This document shows, in pieces, positions 9,434 to 18,978 of a DNA stretch of 52,335 nt; positions within the stretch are counted from its first letter, which is position 1, and every line of letters starts with the position of its first letter. The DNA comes from an uncultured Hyphomicrobiales bacterium (GTDB lineage Bacteria > Pseudomonadota > Alphaproteobacteria > Puniceispirillales > UBA1172). The stretch lies in NCBI GenBank assembly GCA_964399415.1, contig CAYNQW010000001.1, forward strand, positions 1-52,335, in the 5' to 3' direction. A model generated the notes under the pieces. The model was not told the DNA's origin. It did no database searches and saw nothing but the letters and a program-made list of their open reading frames with translations. The position numbers and the translations under genes were made by a program.

Positions 9434-11848
9434 TTAATCCTCGCCGCGTTGCTTGGTATTAAGCGGATCATAAAGCGCCTCAGCGGTGATGTGAGCCTGA
9501 CAGTCCTCATCCAGAATCCGGATGGTCAGCGCGGCATCATCCGCCACATCAGGATTGATGAAACCAAACGCAATATTGGCCTTCACCCGATGGCCATACC
9601 CTCCTGAGGTGACGCTACCGATCTGCTCACCATTACAAAAAATCCCATCACCAGCATGGGCAGGGGCATGATCTGTTTTCACCACCATCGTAACAAATCG
9701 CTTGCGAAGGCCTTGTTGCAATTGCGCTTCAAAACCCTCGCGGCCAATATACGCCTCTTTGTCCCGTTGATAGAAGCGATCCAAACCAGATTCAGCCGGG
9801 TTAAATTCGACCATCAAATCAGCTTTCCAATGGCGATAGCCTTTTTCCAGCCGCATGGATTCAGTGGCGTATAGCCCAAAGGGAGCAATGCCAAAACCTT
9901 CGCCCCCATCCATCAATTGCGTCCACATCAGATAAAGTTGTTCATTGGGAACATGGATCTCCCAAGTCATTTCACCCGAATAACTGATCCGCATCACCAT
10001 CGCTTCGGCATGCCCGATCACCACAGGCTTCACCGCCATCAACGGGAAGCCTTCATTCGACCAATCTTCATGCCCCGCCACGTTCATCAACACAGCCCGT
10101 GATTTAGGACCAGCCAAAACCAACACGGTATGCGATTGCGATAGGTTTTCGATGCTAATGTGATCCGGCAAATGAGCGGTGAGCCAATCGCGATCATGCC
10201 ATTCCGCCGCCGCCGCCGCGCCATACCAAATTTCATCATCGCCAAGCCGTGCCAATGTCGCCTCGCTTAAGACATTGCCTTTTTGGGTAAGCAAATAACT
10301 TAGGCTGACTTTACCTTCTTTCGGCATTCGCCCCGCGATCAGGCGATCCATCGCCTCAACCACCCCTTGACCGTGCAAGCGATAGCGGCTGAAACCTGAG
10401 ACTTCCATCAAGCCCACGCCATTGGCGATCGCTTGGACTTCACTGGCGATCACCGCTTCTCGTTCTGGCTGGAAGCGATAGCCTGGGATGGATTGATATC
10501 CTTCGGGCGGAAAGCAGAGGGCGCGTTCCCAACCATTGACGACACCGAATTCTGCCCCCATTGATTTCAGCAGGGGATAAAGCGGCGTTGTCCGCGCCAA
10601 CCGCCCAGCAGGCCGGTATTCATGCGGTTCGTGGTAGTGAAATTCCATCTGATAATCTTCAATCGCTTTGGCCATCGTAAAGCGCGTATTGGCGTATTGC
10701 GTGAACCGCCTTGGGTCAAGAAACCACGCGTCCCATTCACTTTCGCCATGAACGATTGTTTGAGCCAAAATCTTACCATGCCCCCCGCCTTCACCAATGC
10801 CAGCGCGCAGACCTAAACACGCAAAAGCATTGGTTTTGCAGGGGATAGGCCCCACCAGCGGCATACCATCCGCGGAATAAGTGATGGGGCCATTGACCAC
10901 GGTATGGATGCCTGTTTCGGTCAAAGCCGGCAGACGCTCAAAGATGCGTTCCATGTTATCAAGGCAACGATCCAAATCATTAGGGCAAAGCGCCATGGTG
11001 AAATCAGGATCAATCCCATCCATGCCAAAGGTTTTGCAGCCTTGCTCATAAACCCCTACCAGCAATCCCTTTTTTTCCTGCCGCGAATAAAAATCATCGC
11101 CCGGGTCTCGAATGATGGGAACCCGCTCTTCCATGGCTTCTAATGCCGGAATAGGATCGGTGAGAAAATACATATGCTCCATCGAGATAACGGGATGCTC
11201 CACGCCCATCATGCGACCGACTTCATTGACGCGATAACCCGTGGCATTAACGATCATCTCGGCGGTGATATCGCCGTTTTTAGTGTGGACGATCCATTCG
11301 CCATTGGCCTTTTGCGTCAGCGCTTCAACCGGATTAAAGCGGCTGATTTCAGCACCGGATTGACGAGCGCGGCGGGCAAGCGCTTGGGTTAATTGGCTGG
11401 GGTCAATATCACCATCCAGCGGATCCCACCACGCGCATTTGATGCCATCGGCTTTCATCAACGGATGGCGGCGCGCGGCCTCAGCCCCATCAATCAATTC
11501 AAAATCAATCCCCATGCCTTTGGCCATGCCAATATAGTGTTTGTAAATATCCATATGCCGGTCGGTATAACCCAATCGCATCCCGCCGGTGATGTGGTAA
11601 TTGATGGGGAATTCAGGGTCAGCGGCCAATTCCCGATAGAGATTGATCGAATGCCGCTTCAAGGCAACAAAGGTTTGATTGCCGCCAAATTGCGTGACTT
11701 GCGCCGCCGCGTGCCATGTTGAACCTGATGTCAATTCATCGCGCTCAACCAGCATGACATCCGTCCAACCTTCTTGGGTGAGGTGGTAAAGGGTTGAACA
11801 CCCGGCTATCCCGCCACCAATCACAACAACACGCGCTTGATTTCGCAT
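9434..11848 (-). CDS. dimethylglycine/sarcosine dehydrogenase family flavoprotein (FAD DAO domain + folate-binding GcvT domain)
   Basis: 804 aa. N-terminal VVVIGGGIAGCSTLYHL and the covalent-FAD-type motif GSTWHAAAQ. The C-terminal ~400 aa is aminomethyltransferase-like. Confidence 0.88.
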   Translation of the reverse strand: MRNQARVVVIGGGIAGCSTLYHLTQEGWTDVMLVERDELTSGSTWHAAAQVTQFGGNQTFVALKRHSINLYRELAADPEFPINYHITGGMRLGYTDRHMDIYKHYIGMAKGMGIDFELIDGAEAARRHPLMKADGIKCAWWDPLDGDIDPSQLTQALARRARQSGAEISRFNPVEALTQKANGEWIVHTKNGDITAEMIVNATGYRVNEVGRMMGVEHPVISMEHMYFLTDPIPALEAMEERVPIIRDPGDDFYSRQEKKGLLVGVYEQGCKTFGMDGIDPDFTMALCPNDLDRCLDNMERIFERLPALTETGIHTVVNGPITYSADGMPLVGPIPCKTNAFACLGLRAGIGEGGGHGKILAQTIVHGESEWDAWFLDPRRFTQYANTRFTMAKAIEDYQMEFHYHEPHEYRPAGRLARTTPLYPLLKSMGAEFGVVNGWERALCFPPEGYQSIPGYRFQPEREAVIASEVQAIANGVGLMEVSGFSRYRLHGQGVVEAMDRLIAGRMPKEGKVSLSYLLTQKGNVLSEATLARLGDDEIWYGAAAAAEWHDRDWLTAHLPDHISIENLSQSHTVLVLAGPKSRAVLMNVAGHEDWSNEGFPLMAVKPVVIGHAEAMVMRISYSGEMTWEIHVPNEQLYLMWTQLMDGGEGFGIAPFGLYATESMRLEKGYRHWKADLMVEFNPAESGLDRFYQRDKEAYIGREGFEAQLQQGLRKRFVTMVVKTDHAPAHAGDGIFCNGEQIGSVTSGGYGHRVKANIAFGFINPDVADDAALTIRILDEDCQAHITAEALYDPLNTKQRGED

Positions 11849-11948
11849 CTTTTTCCCTACTCTTATTGCCCGTATTTTATTTGCCGCATTCGCATTCTTC
11901 TTTCATATTAATCATAGGTTTAATCTGACCACAAACAGGAAAAGCGAC

Positions 11949-13520
11949 ATGGCTGATCCATTAAATCAAGACATCCCCAGATTATCCCGCCGAAGTGGCG
12001 GTCGATCAGCACGAGTGCAGGCGCGCACAACGCCAAGCGAGCAGCCAAACCCCTGCCCTCCCGGTCAAATTGGCGGCCAATATAAGCCACTTACCGATGG
12101 TGATTTGGTCAAAATTATTGATGCCGCTTTCCATCTTTTAGACAGTATGGGGATGGGCGATGTGCCGCGCCGATTTCAAGACCTCGCGCTGGCCAAAGGC
12201 GCTCACCTCAATGCGCGTGGGCGGCTTTGTTATTCGCGTGCTTTGGTGGAAGAGACCATTGATCGCGCCGCCAAAAGTTTTGTCTTATATGGCCGCGACC
12301 CTAAGCATGATCTCGAAATTGGCGGTGAGCGCGTCTTTTTTGGAACGGGCGGCGCGGCGGTGCAAACCCTTGATCTGGATAGCGGCATTTACCGGCCTTC
12401 GACCTTACGCGATCTCTATGATTTCACCCGCTTGATTGATACCCTTGATAATGTCAGTTGGTTCACCCGATGCTGTGTCGCAACCGATATTCCGGATATC
12501 ACTGATTTGGATGTTAACACCGCCTATGCCTTGTTGCGCGGCACCACCAAACATGTCGGCACCAGTTTCACCTTAGCGGAAAATGTCGCGCCGATCATTT
12601 CAATGTTTGATCAAGCCCTCGGCGGGGAAGGTGCTTTCCGCAAGCGCCCTTTCTGCAAAGCGCATATCAGCCCGGTGATTTCACCCATGCGTTATGGTGA
12701 GGATGCGGTGGATGTCACTTTTGCTTGCATTGAGCATGGTGTTCCCATCAATGCCATCATCGCCGCGCAGTCTGGGGCGACAGCCCCTGCCCCATTGGCT
12801 GGAATGTTGGCGCAGACCACCGCCGAAACGTTAGCCGGCTTAATGTTGGTCAATTTGATCGAGCCAGGTTACCCCATGATCTTTTCCAATTGGCCATTGG
12901 TCATTGATTTGCGTACCGGCGCGTTTTGTGGCGGCGGCGGTGAAATTTCACTGCTAAACGCGGCGTCAGGGCAAATCGCCAACCATTTGGGCTTGCCCGG
13001 CGGCGTGGCGTCATCCATGGCGGACGCGAAAGCGGTGGATGCCCAAATGGGCATGGAGAAAGCAATCTCTTCCTTAGCCGCAGGGCTTGCGGGATCAAAC
13101 CTGATCTATGAATCCGCCGGCATGATGGCCAGCCTTTTGGGGGCGTCTTTCGAAGCCTTTGTGCTCGACAATGAAATGCTCAGCCATATCCACCGCACCA
13201 TTCGCGGCATTGAAGTTAATGACGACACCCTCAGCATTGAAGCGATTGAGCAAGCGGTTTATGGCGAGGGGCATTTCCTAGGCGGGGATGACACCATCGC
13301 CGCCATGCAACGCGATTATTTCTACCCTACCTTAGCGGATCGCACAGACCCAGACACATGGGTTTATCAAGGGGCAGACGATATTTGGACGAAAGCCCGT
13401 GATCAAGCACGGCAAATCCTCGCCAGCCATCACCCTGATTATCTTTCCAAACACGCTGACGCTTGGATTCGGGATCGCTTCCATATTTTTGCTGAACTGA
13501 ACAAACAAAATTTATTCTGA
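11949..13520 (+). CDS. MttB (trimethylamine methyltransferase) superfamily protein, non-pyrrolysine type
   Basis: 523 aa uninterrupted ORF with no in-frame TAG. MttB-family length and blocks such as FGTGGAAV, ISPMRYGEDAVD, SMADAKAVDAQMGMEK and FLGGDDT. Confidence 0.85.
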   Translation: MADPLNQDIPRLSRRSGGRSARVQARTTPSEQPNPCPPGQIGGQYKPLTDGDLVKIIDAAFHLLDSMGMGDVPRRFQDLALAKGAHLNARGRLCYSRALVEETIDRAAKSFVLYGRDPKHDLEIGGERVFFGTGGAAVQTLDLDSGIYRPSTLRDLYDFTRLIDTLDNVSWFTRCCVATDIPDITDLDVNTAYALLRGTTKHVGTSFTLAENVAPIISMFDQALGGEGAFRKRPFCKAHISPVISPMRYGEDAVDVTFACIEHGVPINAIIAAQSGATAPAPLAGMLAQTTAETLAGLMLVNLIEPGYPMIFSNWPLVIDLRTGAFCGGGGEISLLNAASGQIANHLGLPGGVASSMADAKAVDAQMGMEKAISSLAAGLAGSNLIYESAGMMASLLGASFEAFVLDNEMLSHIHRTIRGIEVNDDTLSIEAIEQAVYGEGHFLGGDDTIAAMQRDYFYPTLADRTDPDTWVYQGADDIWTKARDQARQILASHHPDYLSKHADAWIRDRFHIFAELNKQNLF

Positions 13521-13539
13521 TTCTTAATGAGGCTTTGCT

Positions 13540-15201
13540 TTATTGCTGAGCCGCAATATTTTTGCTTCGCTCATCCAGCAAACGGCTAAGCCATGTTGGA
13601 TCCATTTCTGGAACAGACCCCAACAACAAATCCGTATAGGGATGATGCGGCGGCGTAAAGACTTCAGATTTCTGCCCTTTTTCAACAACCAACCCATCTT
13701 TCATCACCACCACCTGATCGGCAATGGCGCGTACAGTCGCCAGATCATGGGTGATGAACATATAGGAAAGATTAAGTTCTTCCTGCAGTTTATCCAGCAA
13801 TCTGAGAATTCCTTCAGCGACAATTTGATCAAGAGCGCTGGTTACTTCATCACAAATGATGATGCTTGGCTCAGCCGCAATCGCACGAGCAATCCCGATG
13901 CGCTGCTTCTGGCCTCCAGAGAGTTCTGATGGCAACCGGTCAATATATTGATTAGGTTCCATCTCAATCATTCTCAGGAGATCACAAACCCGCTCATCAA
14001 GCGCCTTACCTTTGAGCCCAAGAAACATATTCGCTGGACGCCCAAGAAGTTCGCGTATTCGAAGTTTAGGATTAAGAGCCGTATCCGCCATTTGATAAAT
14101 CATTTGGATACGACGCAGTTGATCGCGGTTTCGATTTCCAAATTTGGACGGCAGTGTTTCGCCTTCAAACAGAACTTCACCTTCACGCGGGTTGAGAAGA
14201 CCGGTAATCACCCGAGCGGTGGTTGATTTCCCACTGCCCGACTCACCCACAACAGCAACGGTTCTGCCTTTGCTGATGCTGAAAGAAACATTTTTGAGAA
14301 CATCGACATGGCTTGAATAGCCGGCAGTGACGTTTCTTAATTCAAGCACAGGGGCATTTTTTTTATCTTCAATTTTTTCTTTGCGGACAAATTTACGAAC
14401 CGCCCAAAGGGATTTGGTGTAGTCATCTTGAGGCGATTTTAGCATTTTATTGGTCGATGCTTCTTCAACCTCATTGCCTTTAAGAAGAACCTTAATCTTA
14501 TCGGCCATTTGAGCAACCACGGCGAGATCATGGCTGATGTAAATGGCCGCCGTGTTAAATTCTTTGACAATATCGCGGATGGCGGCAAGAACTTCAATTT
14601 GAGTCGTCACGTCAAGCGCGGTGGTAGGCTCATCAAAAATGATAAGGTCTGGTCGGCATGACAACGCCATTGCCGTCATGGCGCGCTGAAGTTGCCCACC
14701 AGAAACTTGGTGAGAATAACGAAGCCCAAAATTATTTGGATCAGGCAGGTTCATCTTATCAAACAGTTCTATGGCATAAGACACCGCCTCATCACGCCCC
14801 ATGACACCATGCAATAAAGGCGCTTCAGCAAACTGATCAATAAGTTTATGGGCAGGATTAAAACTAGCCGCCGCGGATTGAGCGACATAAGCAATCCGAC
14901 GGCCACGCAAATGCCGCAACTGATCTTTGCTCTGCGAGAGCAGATCAATGCCATCAAAGACAATCGACCCTTCTGTAATCTTGCACCCATCGCGGGTAAA
15001 CCCCATCGCAGCAAGACCAAGCGTTGATTTCCCAGCGCCCGATTCCCCGATCAAACCCAGCACTTCGCCGCGATTAAGATCCAAATCGACCGAATTTACA
15101 ATATCAATCCAATCTTCATCACTGCGCCCCTTGATTGATACATTCCGCATCTTCAATAAAGGTTCTGGTTTCTTGGATGTTGGAGTGTTTTGACCGTTCA
15201 T
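13540..15201 (-). CDS. fused double ABC ATPase of a peptide/opine-type (Dpp/Opp) importer
   Basis: 553 aa with two complete cassettes: GESGAGKST/VSGGQLQR/IIFDEPTTALD and GESGSGKST/LSGGQKQR/IICDEVTSALD. Confidence 0.92.
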   Translation of the reverse strand: MNGQNTPTSKKPEPLLKMRNVSIKGRSDEDWIDIVNSVDLDLNRGEVLGLIGESGAGKSTLGLAAMGFTRDGCKITEGSIVFDGIDLLSQSKDQLRHLRGRRIAYVAQSAAASFNPAHKLIDQFAEAPLLHGVMGRDEAVSYAIELFDKMNLPDPNNFGLRYSHQVSGGQLQRAMTAMALSCRPDLIIFDEPTTALDVTTQIEVLAAIRDIVKEFNTAAIYISHDLAVVAQMADKIKVLLKGNEVEEASTNKMLKSPQDDYTKSLWAVRKFVRKEKIEDKKNAPVLELRNVTAGYSSHVDVLKNVSFSISKGRTVAVVGESGSGKSTTARVITGLLNPREGEVLFEGETLPSKFGNRNRDQLRRIQMIYQMADTALNPKLRIRELLGRPANMFLGLKGKALDERVCDLLRMIEMEPNQYIDRLPSELSGGQKQRIGIARAIAAEPSIIICDEVTSALDQIVAEGILRLLDKLQEELNLSYMFITHDLATVRAIADQVVVMKDGLVVEKGQKSEVFTPPHHPYTDLLLGSVPEMDPTWLSRLLDERSKNIAAQQ

Positions 15202-15208
15202 GTATCAA

Positions 15209-16132
15209 CTATTCCTTAAGTCCACTTGCGCGATGCAAAAGCCAATCAACGACAAAATTCACTGCAATCGTTAAGAAGGCGATCGCGCCCGCGGGAATAA
15301 GCGGAGTAATATCGCCAAAACTGATAAGTTCGGCATTGTCACGAACCATAGACCCCCAGTCAGCGGTCGGCGGTTGCAACCCTAAACCCATAAAGGAAAG
15401 CGCAGAAATCATGAGAAAGACGAAGCAGAATCTCAACCCAAATTCGGCGGCAAGCGGCGCCATCGCATTGGGGAGAATCTCACGCCTGATTAAGAAAAAT
15501 GAATTTTCGCCTCTTAATTTCGCGGCTTCGATATAGTCCAATTGAACAATATTAAGCGCAACGGCACGTGCTATTCGGAATACCCGGGTTGAATCAATGG
15601 TTGCAATAACCAGAATAAGGCTTAACGCCGATGTGCCAAATATTGTCAGCATCAACAGCGAAAAAATCAGTGACGGTATTGCCATAAGAACATCAACAAT
15701 GCGGCTCAAGGTCTGATCGACAATCCCTGATTTCAGCGCGGCATAAATGCCCAGAAGGGTGCCGATAAGGAAGGCTAGCGACGTGACAAGAAAAGCAATC
15801 CCCACTGTATTGCGAGCGCCGTAAATCAAGCGGCTGAAAACATCACGCCCCAGATTATCCGTGCCAAGCCAATAGGTGGATGACCAAGGCTCAAAAGAAC
15901 CGGCAAGGATATCCGATTCCCCATAAGGGGCAATAATCGGCGCAAAAATAGCGCAAGTGATATAAACAAAAATAACAAATATGCCGAGGCTGGCCGTCAG
16001 AGGAAGCGTCCGAAGAATTTTAGCAAGATTTCTTCCCACCAATCGCACCAGAATTTCACGAAACAAATACCCTACGCCCAGCGCCGCACAAACAGTAACC
16101 AAAACCCAGAGAAGAAAATTTAGAATAACCAT
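15209..16132 (-). CDS. ABC permease (DppC/OppC-like)
   Basis: BPD-type permease. I chose the ATG at 16132 (MVILNF...), preceded by AGGAG, because the longer track ORF (to 16252) overlaps the upstream permease. Confidence 0.88.
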   Translation of the reverse strand: MVILNFLLWVLVTVCAALGVGYLFREILVRLVGRNLAKILRTLPLTASLGIFVIFVYITCAIFAPIIAPYGESDILAGSFEPWSSTYWLGTDNLGRDVFSRLIYGARNTVGIAFLVTSLAFLIGTLLGIYAALKSGIVDQTLSRIVDVLMAIPSLIFSLLMLTIFGTSALSLILVIATIDSTRVFRIARAVALNIVQLDYIEAAKLRGENSFFLIRREILPNAMAPLAAEFGLRFCFVFLMISALSFMGLGLQPPTADWGSMVRDNAELISFGDITPLIPAGAIAFLTIAVNFVVDWLLHRASGLKE

Positions 16133-16145
16133 CTTCTTTCTCCTA

Positions 16146-17099
16146 TTATCGTTGCTGCATGAGGCGGGGGTTGGATATCGTAGAAATAATATCCGCGAGA
16201 AGATTGAGCCCGACATAAGCAGACGCAAAAACAAGTGACGTTGCTTGCACAACGGGAATATCCCTGAATTTCACGCCGTCAACCATCAGTTGCCCAAGCC
16301 CGGGAAACACAAAAACAATTTCAACAATAACAACACCCGTAATCAGATAGGCAAGATTAAGGGCAACCACATTTACGATAGGCGCAATGGCATTCGGCAA
16401 CGCATGCCAAGTGATAATTCGGGCAGGCTTGACGCCTTTCAGATGCGCCATCTCAATATAAGGAAGAGCAAGAATATTGATAATTGCCGCACGCGTCATT
16501 CGCATCATATGCGCCGTCACCACAAGCGTTAGGGTCAGGGCAGGCAAAAAACAAATATAGAGTTTTTCTAACAATGGCGTATTGGCATTGATATTTGCCA
16601 TGGATGGGAAATACCCCGTTAACGCCAAAAGATAGATCAGGATATAGCCGACAAAAAATTCCGGCATGGATATCGACGCCAAAGCAGACGCGTTTGAAAT
16701 TCTATCAAAATATCCATTGCGGAAAAGCGAGGCGAGCATGCCAAGTATAAGCGAAAGCGGCACCGCAATGCATGCCGTGTACAATGTCAAAAATAATGTG
16801 TTTTCAAGGCGCGGCGCGATCAACCCAATAATTGGTTTTCGTAAGGCGAGGGAATTTCCAAAATCACCTTGAAGAATCCCTCCAAGCCAATTCAAATATC
16901 GGATATGCGCCGGTAAGTCTAAACCAAGTTCGCGCCTAATTGCCGCCACCGTTTCAGGCGTTGCTTGTTGCCCGAGGATCTCTTGAGCAAGGTCTCCCGG
17001 CAAAGCCTCCACAGACAGGAAAATAAGCAATGACAACATAATCAGCGTAAGAACACCGAGTGCGAGCCGCTTAACGATCATGATCAGTAGATTGTTCAT
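16146..17099 (-). CDS. ABC permease (DppB/OppB-like)
   Basis: 317 aa with the typical DppB N-terminus IVKRLALGVLTLIMLSLLIFLSVEALPGD and 6 TM helices. Confidence 0.9.
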   Translation of the reverse strand: MNNLLIMIVKRLALGVLTLIMLSLLIFLSVEALPGDLAQEILGQQATPETVAAIRRELGLDLPAHIRYLNWLGGILQGDFGNSLALRKPIIGLIAPRLENTLFLTLYTACIAVPLSLILGMLASLFRNGYFDRISNASALASISMPEFFVGYILIYLLALTGYFPSMANINANTPLLEKLYICFLPALTLTLVVTAHMMRMTRAAIINILALPYIEMAHLKGVKPARIITWHALPNAIAPIVNVVALNLAYLITGVVIVEIVFVFPGLGQLMVDGVKFRDIPVVQATSLVFASAYVGLNLLADIISTISNPRLMQQR

Positions 17100-17178
17100 C
17101 TAATATGTTTATCCATCAATTAAAGATAATGAAATCAATTAAATAGGAATGCGCGGAAAAGATAACAATTTAGAAAAT

Positions 17179-17202
17179 GGAAAGCCATAAAAATGGCTTT
17201 CC
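17179..17202 (-). terminator. perfect 10-bp hairpin after the family-5 SBP gene (attenuator/terminator)
   Basis: GGAAAGCCAT-aaaa-ATGGCTTTCC. T-rich flanks on both strands. Lies between the SBP stop (17228) and the first permease start (17099). Confidence 0.6.
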
Positions 17203-17227
17203 AATAGATTTTTTTCGAGCCGATGGC

Positions 17228-18895
17228 TTAAGCAGACCACCAACGTCTAGAACAAAGATGACCGTCAAGTTCCCAGTTATTCGCAACTTGTCCAGGAACA
17301 CCCACGGAAGAACGGTAACCCATGATCTCACTCAAGAATACAGGGAGGATCAAGCCGCCATCGGTGTGAACAATACGCTGCATTTCAACATATTTTTCAC
17401 GACGCTTGGCTTCATCTGTTTCAGAACGAGCCTCAACAAGGAGTTTGTCAAAGGATGAATTATTCCAATGCGTGTCATTCCAATCAGCTTTTGAGTAATA
17501 AATCTGAGAGAAGACCCAATCTTCGGTTGGGCGGCCACTCCAGTAACAAGCTGACCATGGCTTGACCATCCAGACGTTTGACCAATATCCGTCATTCGGC
17601 TCACGAACAACTTCAATGTCAATGCCTGCCGCTCTTGCCGATTCACGCATCAGCGCGCCGGCATCAACAGCACCAGCGAAACCGGTATCAGCAGCATGGA
17701 ACTGCACCGACAAACTGCTCAGCCCAGCCTCTTTCAGGTAGAACTTTGCTTTTTCCGGATCATACTCACGCTGAGGCAATTCATCTTCCGTGGCGCGGAA
17801 GTAGTTAGCAGGACCAACAGGGCTGTCATTCCCTAACTGTCCATAACCAAAGAAGATTTTGTCCAGAAGTTCTTGACGGTTAACAATATGCTTCATGGCA
17901 TTGCGAACGTTTTGATTGGTGTATGGGTCCGCGTCACAAAGCATTGGCATTGTTGCTTGTTTATTCCCCGTCGAAATCAGCGTCTTCACGTTAGGCATAT
18001 TGCCAAGACGCTTTGCTGTCTTCGCTGGAACGTTGTTGATCGCATCAACCGCGCCTGTCGAAAGTGCTGACATACGAGCTGTTGGATCATTGATGCCCAA
18101 GGTTTCAATTTCGTCAAAGTAGGAATCATTGCCGGTGTTCCAGTAGTTTGCAAACTTCTTGGTTAGAGTCCGCACACCTGGCTCATGCTCAGCAAGAACA
18201 TAAGCACCAGCACCTACACCAGACTGCCAGTCAATGGTTTCGTCACCGTTTGAAGGGCAAATGTTGAGGTGATAATCTGACAGAAGAATTGGAAGGTCAC
18301 CATTACCTTCATTCAATTCAATGATGACACCATTCTTACCATCAGCACGGATTTCTTTAATCCCAGACACAACACCACTGCCGCCTGATTTTGAATCAGG
18401 ACCCATATGGTGGCGAATTGAATCCACAATGTCGGTTGAATCAAGCGTCTTACCATTATGGAATTCTACGCCCTGACGAACATTAAATTTCCATGTCTTG
18501 GCACCATTTGAAGGCTCCCAACTCTCAACAAGGTCACCTTGCACAGCACCATTTGGCATGATCTTTGTCATGTTTGGTCGAACCTGACCCATAGACACGT
18601 TGATCATGTATGCATCAAGAATCTGGCCTGGATCCAGCACATCGCTGGTGGCACCACCGGTAATCCCAAGTCTTAGACGTCCACCTGCTTTTGGTGTGGC
18701 GGCAAGCACTTCTTTAACAACCGTTGATGCACCGGTAAGTGATACACCAAGAGCCAGCGCTCCTGTCATAAAACCACGGCGCCCAATTTTACCTGAGGCA
18801 TAACTGGCCTGAAGATTATCTGCTTTGATCTGACTTTCCTTATCAGCAATCTCCGCAGAAATTTTGTATTTTTGGCAATTTTTGGATTTTTCCAA
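17228..18895 (-). CDS. family-5 ABC substrate-binding protein (peptide/nickel/opine type) with Tat signal
   Basis: 555 aa. Twin-arginine motif GRRGFMTGALALG. TTG start at 18895 with GGGAGG 5 nt upstream. The n-region before RR is unusually long (about 37 aa). Confidence 0.88.
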   Translation of the reverse strand: MEKSKNCQKYKISAEIADKESQIKADNLQASYASGKIGRRGFMTGALALGVSLTGASTVVKEVLAATPKAGGRLRLGITGGATSDVLDPGQILDAYMINVSMGQVRPNMTKIMPNGAVQGDLVESWEPSNGAKTWKFNVRQGVEFHNGKTLDSTDIVDSIRHHMGPDSKSGGSGVVSGIKEIRADGKNGVIIELNEGNGDLPILLSDYHLNICPSNGDETIDWQSGVGAGAYVLAEHEPGVRTLTKKFANYWNTGNDSYFDEIETLGINDPTARMSALSTGAVDAINNVPAKTAKRLGNMPNVKTLISTGNKQATMPMLCDADPYTNQNVRNAMKHIVNRQELLDKIFFGYGQLGNDSPVGPANYFRATEDELPQREYDPEKAKFYLKEAGLSSLSVQFHAADTGFAGAVDAGALMRESARAAGIDIEVVREPNDGYWSNVWMVKPWSACYWSGRPTEDWVFSQIYYSKADWNDTHWNNSSFDKLLVEARSETDEAKRREKYVEMQRIVHTDGGLILPVFLSEIMGYRSSVGVPGQVANNWELDGHLCSRRWWSA

Positions 18896-18932
18896 TTTAT
18901 CCTCCCTTTATAAATTACCCTTTATATAGCCT

Positions 18933-18972
18933 ATGTTCTAAACACAAAACTTTGCAAGTTTTTTATGAACAT
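18933..18972 (-). promoter_or_regulatory. nested inverted repeat (ATGTTC...AAAACTT-tgc-AAGTTTT...GAACAT); candidate operator upstream of the SBP gene
   Basis: Inner 7-3-7 palindrome at 18946-18962, inside outer 6-bp arms at 18933-18938 and 18967-18972. 38 nt upstream of the TTG start. Confidence 0.4.
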
Positions 18973-18978
18973 AGACCG

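Noticed and set aside
9434-11848. Possibility that the 804-aa GcvT-fusion protein is TMAO demethylase (Tdm)
   Set aside because: The N-terminal half is a classical FAD DAO domain (GGGIAG, STWHAA), as in DMGDH and sarcosine dehydrogenase. It is not the DUF1989-type domain of Tdm.
11949-13520. Possible pyrrolysine (in-frame TAG) in the MttB homologue
   Set aside because: The ORF is continuous for 523 codons with no internal stop, so this is a non-Pyl family member. No pyl genes are in the window.
15209-16252. Long N-terminal extensions in several track ORFs (also 39946-, 40967-, 29906-, 21075-, 24745, 28969, 20560, 7394-)
   Set aside because: The extensions overlap upstream genes or lack homology-like sequence. 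Internal ATGs with good Shine-Dalgarno sequences or ATGA/TGATG coupling give family-typical N-termini, so the shorter models were used.
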